Below, piece after piece: positions 28,969 to 38,490 of a stretch of DNA of 64,000 nt. Origin of the DNA: Candidatus Omnitrophota bacterium (lineage in GTDB: Bacteria > Omnitrophota > Gorgyraeia > Duberdicusellales > Duberdicusellaceae); NCBI GenBank assembly GCA_016932855.1, contig JAFGCB010000027.1, positions 2,721 through 66,720 of the forward strand, given 5' to 3'. The first letter of the stretch is position 1; each line of letters opens with the position of its first letter. Position numbers and translations under genes: made by a program. The notes beneath the pieces were generated by a model. That model saw only the letters and a program-made list of their open reading frames with translations. It had not been told where the DNA came from and ran no database searches.

Positions 28969-29477
28969 ATATTATGGTAAGAATATTTATGGTAGGGCTG
29001 CCTTTGTTTTTGTTGGCCAGTTTTTCAGGCATTGCCCAAACCCTTTCTTTAGAACAATTGTTAGATAGCGCCCAGGCTTATGATAACAAAGAGATAGATG
29101 TTCAAGCTGAAGTTTTGGACAAACTTACTCAGGAGAAAGGCTACTGGCTTAATCTTGGGGATAAGGGGGTAAGCTTGGGGGTTTGGGTAGATAAAGAAAT
29201 AGAGATTTCTAATATCGCTCGTCCCGGCTCTTACGCCATTAACGGCGATATTATAAGGATACAAGGAGTTTTTCACTCTTCCTGTAAAGAGCACCTTGGT
29301 CAGACGGATATTCATGCTTACAGGATAAGTCTGGTAGAAGAAGGTTCTTTAAGAAAAGAGAGAGTTTTGCCCCACAAGAAGTTTTTCGCTATTGCCTGGC
29401 TTGTATCTTTTTTAGTAATTCTAGGGGTTTACTCGGCCAAAGAATTATTGGAAAAATCTAAAAGGCGCTCGCAATAA
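28965..29477 (+). CDS. Exported, C-terminally membrane-anchored protein with probable OB-fold
   Basis: Signal peptide, beta-rich domain (WLNLGD, GDIIRIQGVF), C-terminal TM; ATGA overlap with the trkH stop. Confidence 0.65.
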   Translation: MNIMVRIFMVGLPLFLLASFSGIAQTLSLEQLLDSAQAYDNKEIDVQAEVLDKLTQEKGYWLNLGDKGVSLGVWVDKEIEISNIARPGSYAINGDIIRIQGVFHSSCKEHLGQTDIHAYRISLVEEGSLRKERVLPHKKFFAIAWLVSFLVILGVYSAKELLEKSKRRSQ

Positions 29478-29485
29478 GATTTTAG

Positions 29486-30511
29486 ATGCAGGAAAAATTT
29501 AATGTCATAAAACAGGAGGCCCAAGAGGCTATAAGAAAGGTAAGTTCCTTGGCGGAGCTCGAGGAAGCTAGGGTTAGGTTTTTGGGACGAAAGTCCAAGC
29601 TCGCTTCTTTAAGCGCAACATTCTCTGGCCTGGAGCCTTCCCAGCGCCCGGAAGCCGGCAGGCTTTTTAATGAGGTCAAGGTTTTTATAGCTGGAATTTT
29701 GGAAGAAAAGAAAAAGACATTTAGTTTTTCTAAAGAGCGCATTGATATCACCTTTCCTTCCAAAAAAACCGATACAGCAACCAAGCATCCTTTAAGCAGC
29801 GTGGTCAGAACAATGTGCCATATTTTTGAGGCTATAGGCTTTGAAATACAGGAGGGAGCTGAAATTGAGGATGAGTGGTATAATTTTCAGGCCTTAAATA
29901 TACCCTTGGAGCATCCCTCCCGGGATGCCTTTGATACTTTTTACCTGGATTTACCGGCTCAAGGTAAATACAAATATCTTTTAAGAAGCCACACCTCTCC
30001 TTCCCAGATACGCCTCATGAAAAAACGAAAGCCGCCTTTGGCTTTCGTGGTCCCCGGCAGAGTTTACCGGCCTGATAATGTAGACGCTTCGCATTCTTTC
30101 ATGTTTCATCAGGTAGAAGGGTTTGCGGTAGATCGGGATATAACTTTCGCTCATTTAAAAGGCACGCTTCTTTATTTTGCCAAGCACATGTTTTTAGATG
30201 AAGCTAAGCTCAGATTCCGGCCTCACTTTTTCCCTTTTACCGAGCCTTCGGCGGAAGTAGACATTTCATGTATTATTTGTAGAGGCAAAGGCTGTTCCGT
30301 ATGCAAGAGGACAGGCTGGCTGGAAATTCTGGGCTGCGGAATGATCCACCCCAATGTTTTAAAAGCCTGCGGGATTGATTCGAAGAAATATCAAGGCTTC
30401 GCCTTCGGGATGGGCGTAGAGAGAATAGCTATGCTTAAGTACGGGATAAACGACATAAGATTATTTTTTGAAAATGACTTAAGGTTTCTTAGGCAGTTCT
30501 ATGAAGTTTAG
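29486..30511 (+). CDS. pheS: Phenylalanine--tRNA ligase alpha subunit
   Basis: HPSRDAFDTFY, LLRSHTSPSQ, FHQVEG, FPFTEPSAE, GFAFGMGVER. Confidence 0.97.
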   Translation: MQEKFNVIKQEAQEAIRKVSSLAELEEARVRFLGRKSKLASLSATFSGLEPSQRPEAGRLFNEVKVFIAGILEEKKKTFSFSKERIDITFPSKKTDTATKHPLSSVVRTMCHIFEAIGFEIQEGAEIEDEWYNFQALNIPLEHPSRDAFDTFYLDLPAQGKYKYLLRSHTSPSQIRLMKKRKPPLAFVVPGRVYRPDNVDASHSFMFHQVEGFAVDRDITFAHLKGTLLYFAKHMFLDEAKLRFRPHFFPFTEPSAEVDISCIICRGKGCSVCKRTGWLEILGCGMIHPNVLKACGIDSKKYQGFAFGMGVERIAMLKYGINDIRLFFENDLRFLRQFYEV

Positions 30512-32504
30512 TCTGGATTTTATCAAGGAATTTGTAGAAGTAAAGGTTTCGCCTGAAAAGATAGCAAGCCTTCTTACTATGTCCGGCCTGGAGATAGTAT
30601 CGACCGAGAAGGTCGGCTCCGATACAAGCTTTGAAGCAGAAGTCACTTCTAACAGACCGGATCTTTTATCTATTGCAGGCATAGCTTATGAAGTCGGCGC
30701 CCTTCTGGGCAAAAAATCTAAGCTCGCCCTGAAGAAGGTGCCCAAACAGCCGGTTTTCAATATCCCCATAGTAATAGAAAGCAGAAAAGACTGTCCTTGC
30801 TATTTTGGACGTTTGATAAAAGGAGTAAAGATAGAACCTTCCCCTAAGTGGCTTAGGCAAGTTCTTAAATCCTGCGGCATAGCCAGCGTAAATAATGTGG
30901 TGGACATCACTAATTATTGCATGCTTAAATGGGGCCAGCCTCTGCATGCTTTTGACTTAAGCAAGGTAGAGGAAAAAATAATCGTAAGAAGAGCCTATCC
31001 TCAAGAGAAGCTTATTTGCATAGATAACAAGGAAAGGATTTTAAATCCTGAGGCCCTGGTTATTGCCGACAAAAAGTCGGTCCTGGCTTTAGCCGGGGTT
31101 ATGGGAGGCAAAAATTCGGAAGTCCTAAGTTCCACCCGGGACATATTTTTAGAGGCGGCTATTTTTTCTCCGATTTTAGTAAGAAGAGCCAGGCGTTTCC
31201 TGGGCATAAACACAGAGTCATCTTACAGGTTTGAGCGCGGAGTTAATCCTGTTTATCTTGAGCAGGCTTCCTGGGAGGCCGCCTATCTGATAGGCAAATT
31301 AGCCAAAGGAAAAATTTCCGGCTGCAAGAAAGCGGGCAGCTTGCCCTTGGTTCGAAGGCCTTGGATAAAATTTGAAGTGGACCGAATGAACGGGTTTTTA
31401 GGAACCCAGATAAAGCAAGCCAAGGCCGGAAAGATTCTTAATGACCTTAATTTTGAAATCGAAAAGAAAAAGACCTGTTTTTTAGTCAAGGCCCCTTCTT
31501 TTCGTCAGGATATAAAGGCCTCCCAGGATTTATATGAAGAAGTAGTCAGGATTTGGGGTTACCACAACATAAAGGAAAGCCTTCCTCTGATAAGAAAAGA
31601 AATTAGAAAAGAGGAGTCTTTTTATAAATTCAAAGAGAGCATTCGCTCAAAAGCAATATGCCTAGGCTTTAAGGAAGTAGTAACTTTTAGCATAATACCC
31701 AGAAAGAACGTCCTGTCCGATTTTCTGCAAGAGCCTGTTAAGACAAGGGGATTTTTTTCTTCGTCCGGAGTGACTATCACCAATCCTTTGAGGCTGGAGG
31801 AAGATTTATTAAGGCCTTTAATATTTCCGGGGATGCTCGAAGTCCTGCGCTACAATGTCTACAGAAAAGAGCGAAGCCTTAAGTTTTTTGAAATAGCAGA
31901 CAGCTACGTGCTCAAAGACAATTCTTTTCGGGAGACCGCGAAACTGTGTCTAGGCTGGCATTCAGATACGATCGATGATTTTTACGCCTTCAAGGGGAAG
32001 GCGGAGTTCTTTTTAAAGGCCTTGGGTATAGAGAACCCGCATATTTGCGAAGAGGAAAATCCTTTGTTTTCAAATTTTTGCTCTATAGATGATTTTGCTT
32101 GGGTTGGCGTATTGCGCAGTGACGTAGCAGAAAAAATAGACTTAGCAAAGGTGTTCTTAGCTGAGTTTGATTTGGAAAAAATTTCTAAAAAGGCTAAAGA
32201 AGTCCTGTTCGAAGAGATTAATTACCTGCCTTGGGTGGAGCGGGACATAAGCCTGGCCCTAAGAGAGGATATAAGATTTAAAGAAATAGAGACAATAATC
32301 AAAAATAAAACAGCCTCCCTTTTTAGAAGCCTCGAGGTAACGGATGTCTATAAGGGAGAAAAAATACCTAGGGGATTTACCGGGTTTACCCTAAGAATTT
32401 TTTATCAGCATAAAACCAAGACCTTAGAGGCTCAGGAAGTCGACAGCGTGCATTTTAGCCTAAGGGCGGAATTATCTAAGCTAGACGGCTTGCTCTTGCG
32501 CTAA
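30501..32504 (+). CDS. pheT: Phenylalanine--tRNA ligase beta subunit (short form, no B2 OB domain)
   Basis: TSNRPDLLS, VVDITNY, GQPLHAFD, SSYRFERG, EEVVRIWGY, RDIS; 667 aa. Confidence 0.95.
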   Translation: MKFSLDFIKEFVEVKVSPEKIASLLTMSGLEIVSTEKVGSDTSFEAEVTSNRPDLLSIAGIAYEVGALLGKKSKLALKKVPKQPVFNIPIVIESRKDCPCYFGRLIKGVKIEPSPKWLRQVLKSCGIASVNNVVDITNYCMLKWGQPLHAFDLSKVEEKIIVRRAYPQEKLICIDNKERILNPEALVIADKKSVLALAGVMGGKNSEVLSSTRDIFLEAAIFSPILVRRARRFLGINTESSYRFERGVNPVYLEQASWEAAYLIGKLAKGKISGCKKAGSLPLVRRPWIKFEVDRMNGFLGTQIKQAKAGKILNDLNFEIEKKKTCFLVKAPSFRQDIKASQDLYEEVVRIWGYHNIKESLPLIRKEIRKEESFYKFKESIRSKAICLGFKEVVTFSIIPRKNVLSDFLQEPVKTRGFFSSSGVTITNPLRLEEDLLRPLIFPGMLEVLRYNVYRKERSLKFFEIADSYVLKDNSFRETAKLCLGWHSDTIDDFYAFKGKAEFFLKALGIENPHICEEENPLFSNFCSIDDFAWVGVLRSDVAEKIDLAKVFLAEFDLEKISKKAKEVLFEEINYLPWVERDISLALREDIRFKEIETIIKNKTASLFRSLEVTDVYKGEKIPRGFTGFTLRIFYQHKTKTLEAQEVDSVHFSLRAELSKLDGLLLR

Positions 32505-32529
32505 ATCGGCCCCCCCGGGGTTAAAGCTG

Positions 32530-32557
32530 TTGACAGGCTTATTAAGGTCTGTATAAT
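32530..32557 (+). promoter_or_regulatory. Consensus sigma70 promoter for tRNA-Glu/yvcK
   Basis: TTGACA-16 bp-TATAAT. Confidence 0.7.
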
Positions 32558-32595
32558 GGGGAATCCACACGAAATTTAAAATTAATTTAAGCAAT

Positions 32596-32670
32596 GTCCC
32601 CATCGTCTAGCCCGGTTTAGGACATCGCCCTTTCACGGCGACGGCGCCGGTTCAAATCCGGCTGGGGACG
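32596..32670 (+). tRNA. tRNA-Glu(TTC)
   Basis: GTCCCCA...CTTTCAC loop...GGTTCAAATCC...TGGGGACG. Confidence 0.93.
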
Positions 32671-32718
32671 CTCTCCGCAAGAAATTTTAAAAGTATAAAT
32701 GAAAAAATTTAAATTTTT

Positions 32719-33975
32719 ATGAATAAGAAATTCAAATGGCTGTATCCCGGTATAAGGATTAAGCGCTGGATTTCTCTTAGTGCTCTGGGCGTGGCTTTGT
32801 TGATCATAGGAGTGGTCAAGCTTGTTTATGACAGCATGCCAGTGGTTAGAAAGCTGGACATGCTGGTTATTTTTTTGGGGGCCGCTCTTATTATTGCCGG
32901 CATAAGGAGCATGGTTAAATCTATTTTAAGCATTTTTTCTTCTTTGCCCGGAAAAGACTTGGTCGATGTAATATATAAGAAGAGATATCTTGAACGGGGG
33001 CCGAAAATAGTAACCATAGGCGGCGGCCACGGCTTGGCGGCTCTTCTTATGGGGTTAAAAGAACACACCACAAACTTGATTGCTGTTGTTACCGTGGCTG
33101 ATAGCGGCGGATCATCAGGAAGACTTCGCCAGGAATTCGATATGCTTCCGCCCGGCGACATACGCAATTGCTTAGTTTCTTTAGCGGACGCGCCTTCGCT
33201 GATGGGTGAACTTTTTCAGTTTCGCTTTAAGGAAGATTCGGAGCTAAAAGGCCATAACTTCGGCAACCTTTTTATTACCGCCATGACCCAGCTTACCGGC
33301 GACTTTAAAAGGGCGGTAGAGGAATCGAGCAGGGTCCTGGCAATCAGAGGCAAGGTTCTTCCTTCCACCCTGCACAAGGTAAGTTTAATCGCCGAGTATA
33401 AGGACGGTTCTTTTATTGAAGGAGAGGCAACGATCCCAGAAAAAAAATTGCCTATTTCGCGGGTCTATCTTAAATCTATAGAGCCTGGTTCCGGCGAAAT
33501 CAAGCCTACTCTTGAGGCGATTGAGGCTATACGAGAAGCCCAGATTATTGTCATAGGACCCGGCAGCTTATATACCAGCATTCTTCCCAATCTCGTGATA
33601 AAAGACATTACCCGGGCCATTGTTGAATCATCAGCGCTTAAGATATACGTCTGTAATGTAATGACTCAGCACGGCGAAACAGACAACTACACCGCCTCCG
33701 AACATCTTAAAACCCTGCTTAAGCATACCCACCCCAAAATAGTAGATTATTGTGTCATAAACAATAAAATGCCCGATAAAAATATACTTGTTAAGTACCA
33801 GCAGGAAAAATCCTTTCCCGCAAAGGCTGATGTTTCGGAAATTAAAAAGATGGGATATCGGGTAATACAGGGCGATCTTGTCCATACCACGGATTTTGTG
33901 CGGCACGATTCCGGGAAACTTGCCAAAAGTATCATAGAGGCGTTTCGTAAAGAGGCCATTCAAAGAGCAATCTAG
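32719..33975 (+). CDS. yvcK: YvcK/GlmR (CofD-like) protein with N-terminal TM segment
   Basis: WLYPGIRIKRW, IGGGHGL, DSGGSSG, PPGDIRNC, GHNFGNL, GPGSLYTS, RHD. Confidence 0.93.
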   Translation: MNKKFKWLYPGIRIKRWISLSALGVALLIIGVVKLVYDSMPVVRKLDMLVIFLGAALIIAGIRSMVKSILSIFSSLPGKDLVDVIYKKRYLERGPKIVTIGGGHGLAALLMGLKEHTTNLIAVVTVADSGGSSGRLRQEFDMLPPGDIRNCLVSLADAPSLMGELFQFRFKEDSELKGHNFGNLFITAMTQLTGDFKRAVEESSRVLAIRGKVLPSTLHKVSLIAEYKDGSFIEGEATIPEKKLPISRVYLKSIEPGSGEIKPTLEAIEAIREAQIIVIGPGSLYTSILPNLVIKDITRAIVESSALKIYVCNVMTQHGETDNYTASEHLKTLLKHTHPKIVDYCVINNKMPDKNILVKYQQEKSFPAKADVSEIKKMGYRVIQGDLVHTTDFVRHDSGKLAKSIIEAFRKEAIQRAI

Positions 33976-33981
33976 CCTTAA

Positions 33982-34102
33982 AATGACAAATCGGTTCCAA
34001 GGCCCCAATATCAAATACTACCAATACTACCAAATAAATCCTAAGCTCCAAATCCCAACAGATTTTGGATTTGGGATTTGGTAGTATTGGGATTTTGAAT
34101 TT
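33982..34102. repeat. AAATCCC-type heptamer hairpin, second copy
   Basis: Shares ATAAATCC.AA..TCCAAATCCCAAC.G.TTTTGGATTTGG and GGGATT.GGTAGT.TTGGGATTT with 7924-8041. Confidence 0.8.
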
Positions 34103-34106
34103 ACTT

Positions 34107-34787
34107 ATGCTGTATATCGTTGCTACCCCCATAGGCAACCTGGAAGACATAACCTTAAGAGCCCTGCGCGTTCTTCGGGAAGCAGACTATATTCTAGTTG
34201 AAGATACCCGCAGAGCCGGACTTTTTATGAAACACTTTAACTTGCAGGGAAAAAGGCTTGTAAGTTTCTATGAGCACAACGAAGAAGAAAAAATTCCCAG
34301 AGTCATCGAATACTTAAAGCAGGCAAAGGTCGTAGCTCTTTTGTCCGGGTCCGGCATGCCTTTGGTTTCCGACCCGGGTTTTAGATTGGTCAAAGAATGC
34401 ATAGAGCAGAAGTTGCCTTTTACTTGTGTGCCCGGGGCGTCTTCGCTTGTCAATGCTTTGGTTTTATCGGGATGCGCTTGCGACAGCTTTATGTTTCTGG
34501 GGTTTTTGCCTAAGAAAAAGGGCAAACGCCTGAAGAAAATAGAAGATGTCAAAAACCTTGGCCGTACGACCATAATATTTGAAAGCCCCTACAGACTCAC
34601 AAAGACCCTTTTAGAATTAAAACAGGCTCTCGGCGATAAATATTGTTGTGTTTGCAGGGAAATGACTAAAGTTTACGAGGAGGCCATCCGGGGCAGGCTG
34701 TCAGAGGTAATAGATAAACTTTCCGGAAAGAAGATAAGAGGAGAATGTACCCTGGTTTTGCAGGCCGGCGATAAAAGGCCTTTTTAA
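34107..34787 (+). CDS. rsmI: 16S rRNA C1402 2'-O-methyltransferase
   Basis: MLYIVATPIGNLEDIT, EDTR, SDPG, FESPYR, REMTKVYEE; start moved to ATG 34107. Confidence 0.95.
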   Translation: MLYIVATPIGNLEDITLRALRVLREADYILVEDTRRAGLFMKHFNLQGKRLVSFYEHNEEEKIPRVIEYLKQAKVVALLSGSGMPLVSDPGFRLVKECIEQKLPFTCVPGASSLVNALVLSGCACDSFMFLGFLPKKKGKRLKKIEDVKNLGRTTIIFESPYRLTKTLLELKQALGDKYCCVCREMTKVYEEAIRGRLSEVIDKLSGKKIRGECTLVLQAGDKRPF

Positions 34788-34816
34788 TCAAGGCTTTTTA
34801 AGCCTGTAAATAAGCC

Positions 34817-34845
34817 TTGACAAACTAATTAATTTAGACTAAACT
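34817..34845 (+). promoter_or_regulatory. pyr operon promoter
   Basis: TTGACA-17 bp-TAAACT. Confidence 0.65.
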
Positions 34846-34853
34846 TTATGAAA

Positions 34854-34884
34854 CCTTTAATCTGGTCCAGAGAGGCCAGGAAGG
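34854..34884 (+). promoter_or_regulatory. PyrR-binding RNA stem-loop
   Basis: CCTTTAATCTGGTCCAGAGAGGCCAGGAAGG contains the conserved CUUUAA and UCCAGAGAGG motifs of PyrR binding loops; upstream of pyrR. Confidence 0.88.
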
Positions 34885-34921
34885 AAAATTATGAAGAAAA
34901 TAGAGAAATACTATTATAAGA

Positions 34922-34952
34922 CCCACCTTGGAAAAAAGGTGGGATTTTTTTT
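34922..34952 (+). terminator. Attenuator terminator of the pyr leader
   Basis: CCCACCTT-GGAAA-AAAGGTGGG followed by ATTTTTTTT. Confidence 0.8.
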
Positions 34953-35011
34953 AAGTGAGGCCCGGACTTATGGAGGAGAAATGACGAACATAAGTACGTC
35001 AGTCGAACTTA

Positions 35012-35113
35012 CCCCACACCTTTGAAGTATTCAGCGGGAATAAGACAAAGGTGCGGGGCTAATTCGCTCATATAACTTACGCTCCCTTTGGCCGCATAAG
35101 TTATGAGCTCATT
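35012..35113 (+). repeat. Two tandem hairpins upstream of pyrR
   Basis: CCCCACACCTTTG..CAAAGGTGCGGGG (like 25683-25730); then AATTC-GCTCATATAACTTACG..CATAAGTTATGAGC-TCATT (like 24698-24752). Confidence 0.7.
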
Positions 35114-35116
35114 AAC

Positions 35117-35668
35117 ATGGAGTATAAAGAAAAATCTAAAATCATAGATTCCCAGGAGATATGCCGAGCCTTGAAAAGGCTTGCCCATCAAATTCTTGAG
35201 AAGAATCCCAATCCCGCGAATTTAGCCCTTATCGGCATTCAGCGCCGGGGAGTATTTTTAGCAAAAAGAATACAAGATATAATTTCCCATATAAAGCATG
35301 TGGATGTCCCCCTGGGAGTTATTGATATCACTCTTTACAGGGACGATTTAACAGCCGTGGGTCCGGCTCCTCTGGTAAGGCAGACCCAGATAGAGTTCGA
35401 CATAAGCACCAAGGTGGTGGTGCTGGTGGATGATGTTCTATACACAGGAAGAACCATAAGATGCGCTTTAGACGAGATTATGGACTTTGGAAGGCCCAAG
35501 AGGATAGAGCTGGCAGTATTAATAGACAGGGGGCATCGGGAACTCCCGATACGAGCTGATTTTGTGGGAAAGAATATACCCACAGCCTCTTCCGAAGTGG
35601 TTGAGGTAAAAGTTCAGGAGCTAGACGGAAAAGACGAGGTAGTGATTCTAGAAAAAAACAATGAGTGA
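35117..35668 (+). CDS. pyrR: Bifunctional pyr operon attenuator / uracil phosphoribosyltransferase
   Basis: [37 protein letters not shown]. Confidence 0.96.
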   Translation: MEYKEKSKIIDSQEICRALKRLAHQILEKNPNPANLALIGIQRRGVFLAKRIQDIISHIKHVDVPLGVIDITLYRDDLTAVGPAPLVRQTQIEFDISTKVVVLVDDVLYTGRTIRCALDEIMDFGRPKRIELAVLIDRGHRELPIRADFVGKNIPTASSEVVEVKVQELDGKDEVVILEKNNE

Positions 35669-36602
35669 GTGGAGTAGAAAACACTTATTGGGTTTAAGCG
35701 AAATGAGCAAAGAAGAAATTGAGGCCATACTTGATTCGGCAAAGGCTTTTAAAGAAATATCTAAGAGGCAGGTAAAGAAGGTGCCGGCCTTGCGGGGCAA
35801 GACCGTGGTGAACCTGTTTTTTGAAGCTTCTACCAGAACCAAAACTTCCTTTGAGCTGGCAGCCAAAAGATTAAGCGCCGATGTAGTTAATTTTTCTTCG
35901 AAGGGCAGCTCCCTTGAGAAGGGAGAAACTATTTTAGATACCTTAAGGAATCTGGAGGCTTATTCCGTGGATATATTTGTAATCCGGCACAACCATTCCA
36001 AGGCCCCTTTTTATCTTTCCACGCGCACCCAGGCTTCGGTGATAAACGCCGGAGATGGTCTTAACGAACACCCTACCCAGGCTCTTTTAGACATGTTTAC
36101 GGTGCGGGAAAGGCTGGGAAAGCTTAAGGGTTTGAAGGTGGCTATAGTAGGAGACATTCTTCATTCCCGGGTTGCCCGTTCAAATATATGGGGTTTTAGT
36201 AAATTTTCATCCCAGGTCTGGGTCTGTGCTCCGCCTACCCTTATCCCCAAATACTACAGCTGCCTTCCGGTAAAAATCACCTATTCTTTAAAGGAGGCCC
36301 TTTCCGGAGCCGACGTAGTAATAATGCTGCGAGTTCAAAAAGAGCGCCAGAGCCAGATGTTTTTCCCCTCCCAGCGGGAGTACAGCGAGTTTTTCTCTTT
36401 GAACGAGGAAAACGCTAAATTATTAAAAGAGCATTCTTTAGTGATGCATCCCGGGCCGGTAAACTGGGACGTAGAGATAGCCTCTTGCTTAAAGGAGAAA
36501 GTACAGAATCTTATTTTGGAGCAGGTCAATAACGGTCTGGCGGTGAGAATGGCGGTTCTTTATCTTTTGAGTATAGGAAAAAAATATGAAGTTGGTAGTT
36601 AA
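35661..36602 (+). CDS. pyrB: Aspartate carbamoyltransferase catalytic subunit
   Basis: [36 protein letters not shown]. Confidence 0.96.
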   Translation: MSEWSRKHLLGLSEMSKEEIEAILDSAKAFKEISKRQVKKVPALRGKTVVNLFFEASTRTKTSFELAAKRLSADVVNFSSKGSSLEKGETILDTLRNLEAYSVDIFVIRHNHSKAPFYLSTRTQASVINAGDGLNEHPTQALLDMFTVRERLGKLKGLKVAIVGDILHSRVARSNIWGFSKFSSQVWVCAPPTLIPKYYSCLPVKITYSLKEALSGADVVIMLRVQKERQSQMFFPSQREYSEFFSLNEENAKLLKEHSLVMHPGPVNWDVEIASCLKEKVQNLILEQVNNGLAVRMAVLYLLSIGKKYEVGS

Positions 36603-37875
36603 GGGAGCCAGGATAGTAAGCCCCAGCGAGATTGCCGAGAATGACATTCTTATCGAAAACGGTCTTATTAAGAAAATCGCAAAGGATATAAAAGATCCTT
36701 CGGCAAAAACCCTCGACGCCAGGGGCAAGTATGCTCTGCCGGGTTTTATTGACATGCATACTCATCTTCGTACCCCCGGCAGGGAAGACGAGGAGACGAT
36801 AGAGACAGGCTCCAGGGCAGCGGTTAAAGGCGGCTTTACTACCATTCTTTGTATGCCCAACACCGAACCGGCCATAGATAATTACGAGATAGCTTTAAGG
36901 ATAAGAAAGGAAGCGGAAAAAATCGGACTTTTAGACATATTTCCGGTGGGGGCGATTACTAAACAGAGACAAGGCAAAGAGCTTTCCGAATTCGGCCAGT
37001 TAAAAAAAGCAGGCTGCCTTGCTTTAAGCGATGACGGCTCGCCGGTAGAAGACCCTTCTCTTTTGCGAAAGGCTTTAGAGTACGCAAAGCTTTTCGATTT
37101 GCTGATTATTTCTCATTGCGAAGATTTGTCCTTGTCCGGCGGAGGAATACTTAGGGAATCAGAGCTTACCGCCAAATCGGGTTTTTCTTATATTCCCGAA
37201 ATAGCCGAGAGTGTTATTGTCGCCAGAGAGATAGAGCTTGCCAGGTTTTTAGAGGCGAAAATCCACCTTGCCCATATAAGCACAAATAGGTCGATCGAAT
37301 TAATCAAGAGGGCAAAAAAAGACGCTATAAGAGTAAGCGCTGAAAGCTGCCCTCATTATTTCTCTTTGAGCCTCGAGGATATAGCAAAGAATTTCGACAG
37401 TAATTATAAAGTAAACCCTCCCATAGGCACTAAAGAAGATAGGCAAGCCATATGCAAGGCTTTAGCTTCCGACATAATAGATTGTATTGCCACGGACCAC
37501 GCCCCTCATACCTTTCTGGAAAAAGAAGGCACTTTTTATGAGGCGGCTTTTGGAATGATAGGGCTTGAGACAGCCTTTGCTTTAAGCTTAAGGCTGGTAA
37601 AAGAAAGAATTATAAATTTAGAAAAACTCGCTGATAAATTGTCATACGCTCCTTCGCGGATTTTAGGCCTGTCTGATAGGGGGTTGATCGAAGAAGGCCG
37701 GCGCGCCGACATCGCCATTGTTGATTTGGATAAGACTTGGACGCTGACGGAAGAGAAGATCTCATCCAAGTCAAAAAACACTCCCTTTTTAAACCAGGCT
37801 TTCGAAGGTTGCGTAGAATATACCCTATATAAAGGTAAGATCGTCTATAAATACACAGATGATCACATTCGATAG
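36586..37875 (+). CDS. pyrC: Dihydroorotase
   Basis: DMHTHLRTPG, MPNT, SDDG, KVNPP, ATDHAPH, SKSKNTPF. Confidence 0.95.
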   Translation: MKLVVKGARIVSPSEIAENDILIENGLIKKIAKDIKDPSAKTLDARGKYALPGFIDMHTHLRTPGREDEETIETGSRAAVKGGFTTILCMPNTEPAIDNYEIALRIRKEAEKIGLLDIFPVGAITKQRQGKELSEFGQLKKAGCLALSDDGSPVEDPSLLRKALEYAKLFDLLIISHCEDLSLSGGGILRESELTAKSGFSYIPEIAESVIVAREIELARFLEAKIHLAHISTNRSIELIKRAKKDAIRVSAESCPHYFSLSLEDIAKNFDSNYKVNPPIGTKEDRQAICKALASDIIDCIATDHAPHTFLEKEGTFYEAAFGMIGLETAFALSLRLVKERIINLEKLADKLSYAPSRILGLSDRGLIEEGRRADIAIVDLDKTWTLTEEKISSKSKNTPFLNQAFEGCVEYTLYKGKIVYKYTDDHIR

Positions 37876-37952
37876 GGCCTCGGGCCTGGGGCGTGGGGTA
37901 TCGGGAAAAGAATTACGATGCCTGATAAGCGATACCCGATGCCCGGAATCCG
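37853..37952 (+). repeat. ~100-bp heptamer-hairpin element, copy 1
   Basis: ACACAGATGATCACATT head, NGGGYNT units, GAAAAGAA loop, CGATRCC units; colinear with 39728-39828. Confidence 0.85.
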
Positions 37953-37967
37953 TGGTCAGCCGCGGCC

Positions 37968-38420
37968 ATGAAGTTTATCCTTACCAAAGAACTGGGAAGG
38001 CTGGCAAGATGGCTTAGGATTTTAGGATTTGATGCCTTATACCAGAGAGAGGGTAATCAAACAAAAGTTTTGCTTTTGGCTTTGCGGGAAGGGCGGATAG
38101 TAATAACCAGAAACAAGGTTCTCTTTGACAAGATTTCCGCAAAAGCGGTTTACTTAAAAGAAGGGAAGCTTAAGGAGCAATTAAAAAAAACCATCAAGGC
38201 CTTAAACATAACCATAGACGAAGGTAAGATGTTTAGCCGCTGCGTTGTATGCAACAAGCCTCTGGTGGCCGTGGATAAGACTGACATTAAAGATAAAGTT
38301 CCGCCCTATGTAAATAAAACCCAGGACGAATTTTCCTGGTGTTCGCAGTGCCAGAAAGCTTACTGGCCGGGCTCGCATTGGGGAAATATACGGCGCTACT
38401 TTAAAGAATTAGGGCCTTAA
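37968..38420 (+). CDS. Mut7-C RNase (PIN-like + Zn ribbon) family protein
   Basis: LGRLARWLRILGFD, EGRIVITR, SRCVVCN, CSQCQKAYWPGSH. Confidence 0.9.
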   Translation: MKFILTKELGRLARWLRILGFDALYQREGNQTKVLLLALREGRIVITRNKVLFDKISAKAVYLKEGKLKEQLKKTIKALNITIDEGKMFSRCVVCNKPLVAVDKTDIKDKVPPYVNKTQDEFSWCSQCQKAYWPGSHWGNIRRYFKELGP

Positions 38421-38488
38421 ACGAAAAAGTAAAAATTAAAAACTTAGTAGGTATATTTTTAATATTTGATTTCTAATCTTTAATTTTA
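38419..38488. repeat. A/T-rich heptamer hairpin
   Basis: AAACGAA AAAGTAA AAATTAA AAACTT ... TTTTAAT ATTTGAT TTCTAAT CTTTAAT TTT. Confidence 0.55.
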
Positions 38489-38490
38489 CC

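Noticed and set aside
34891-35025. 44-codon ORF spanning the pyr attenuator terminator
   Set aside because: PyrR attenuation needs no leader peptide and the frame crosses the terminator; only the SD-preceded 14-codon part was kept as a finding
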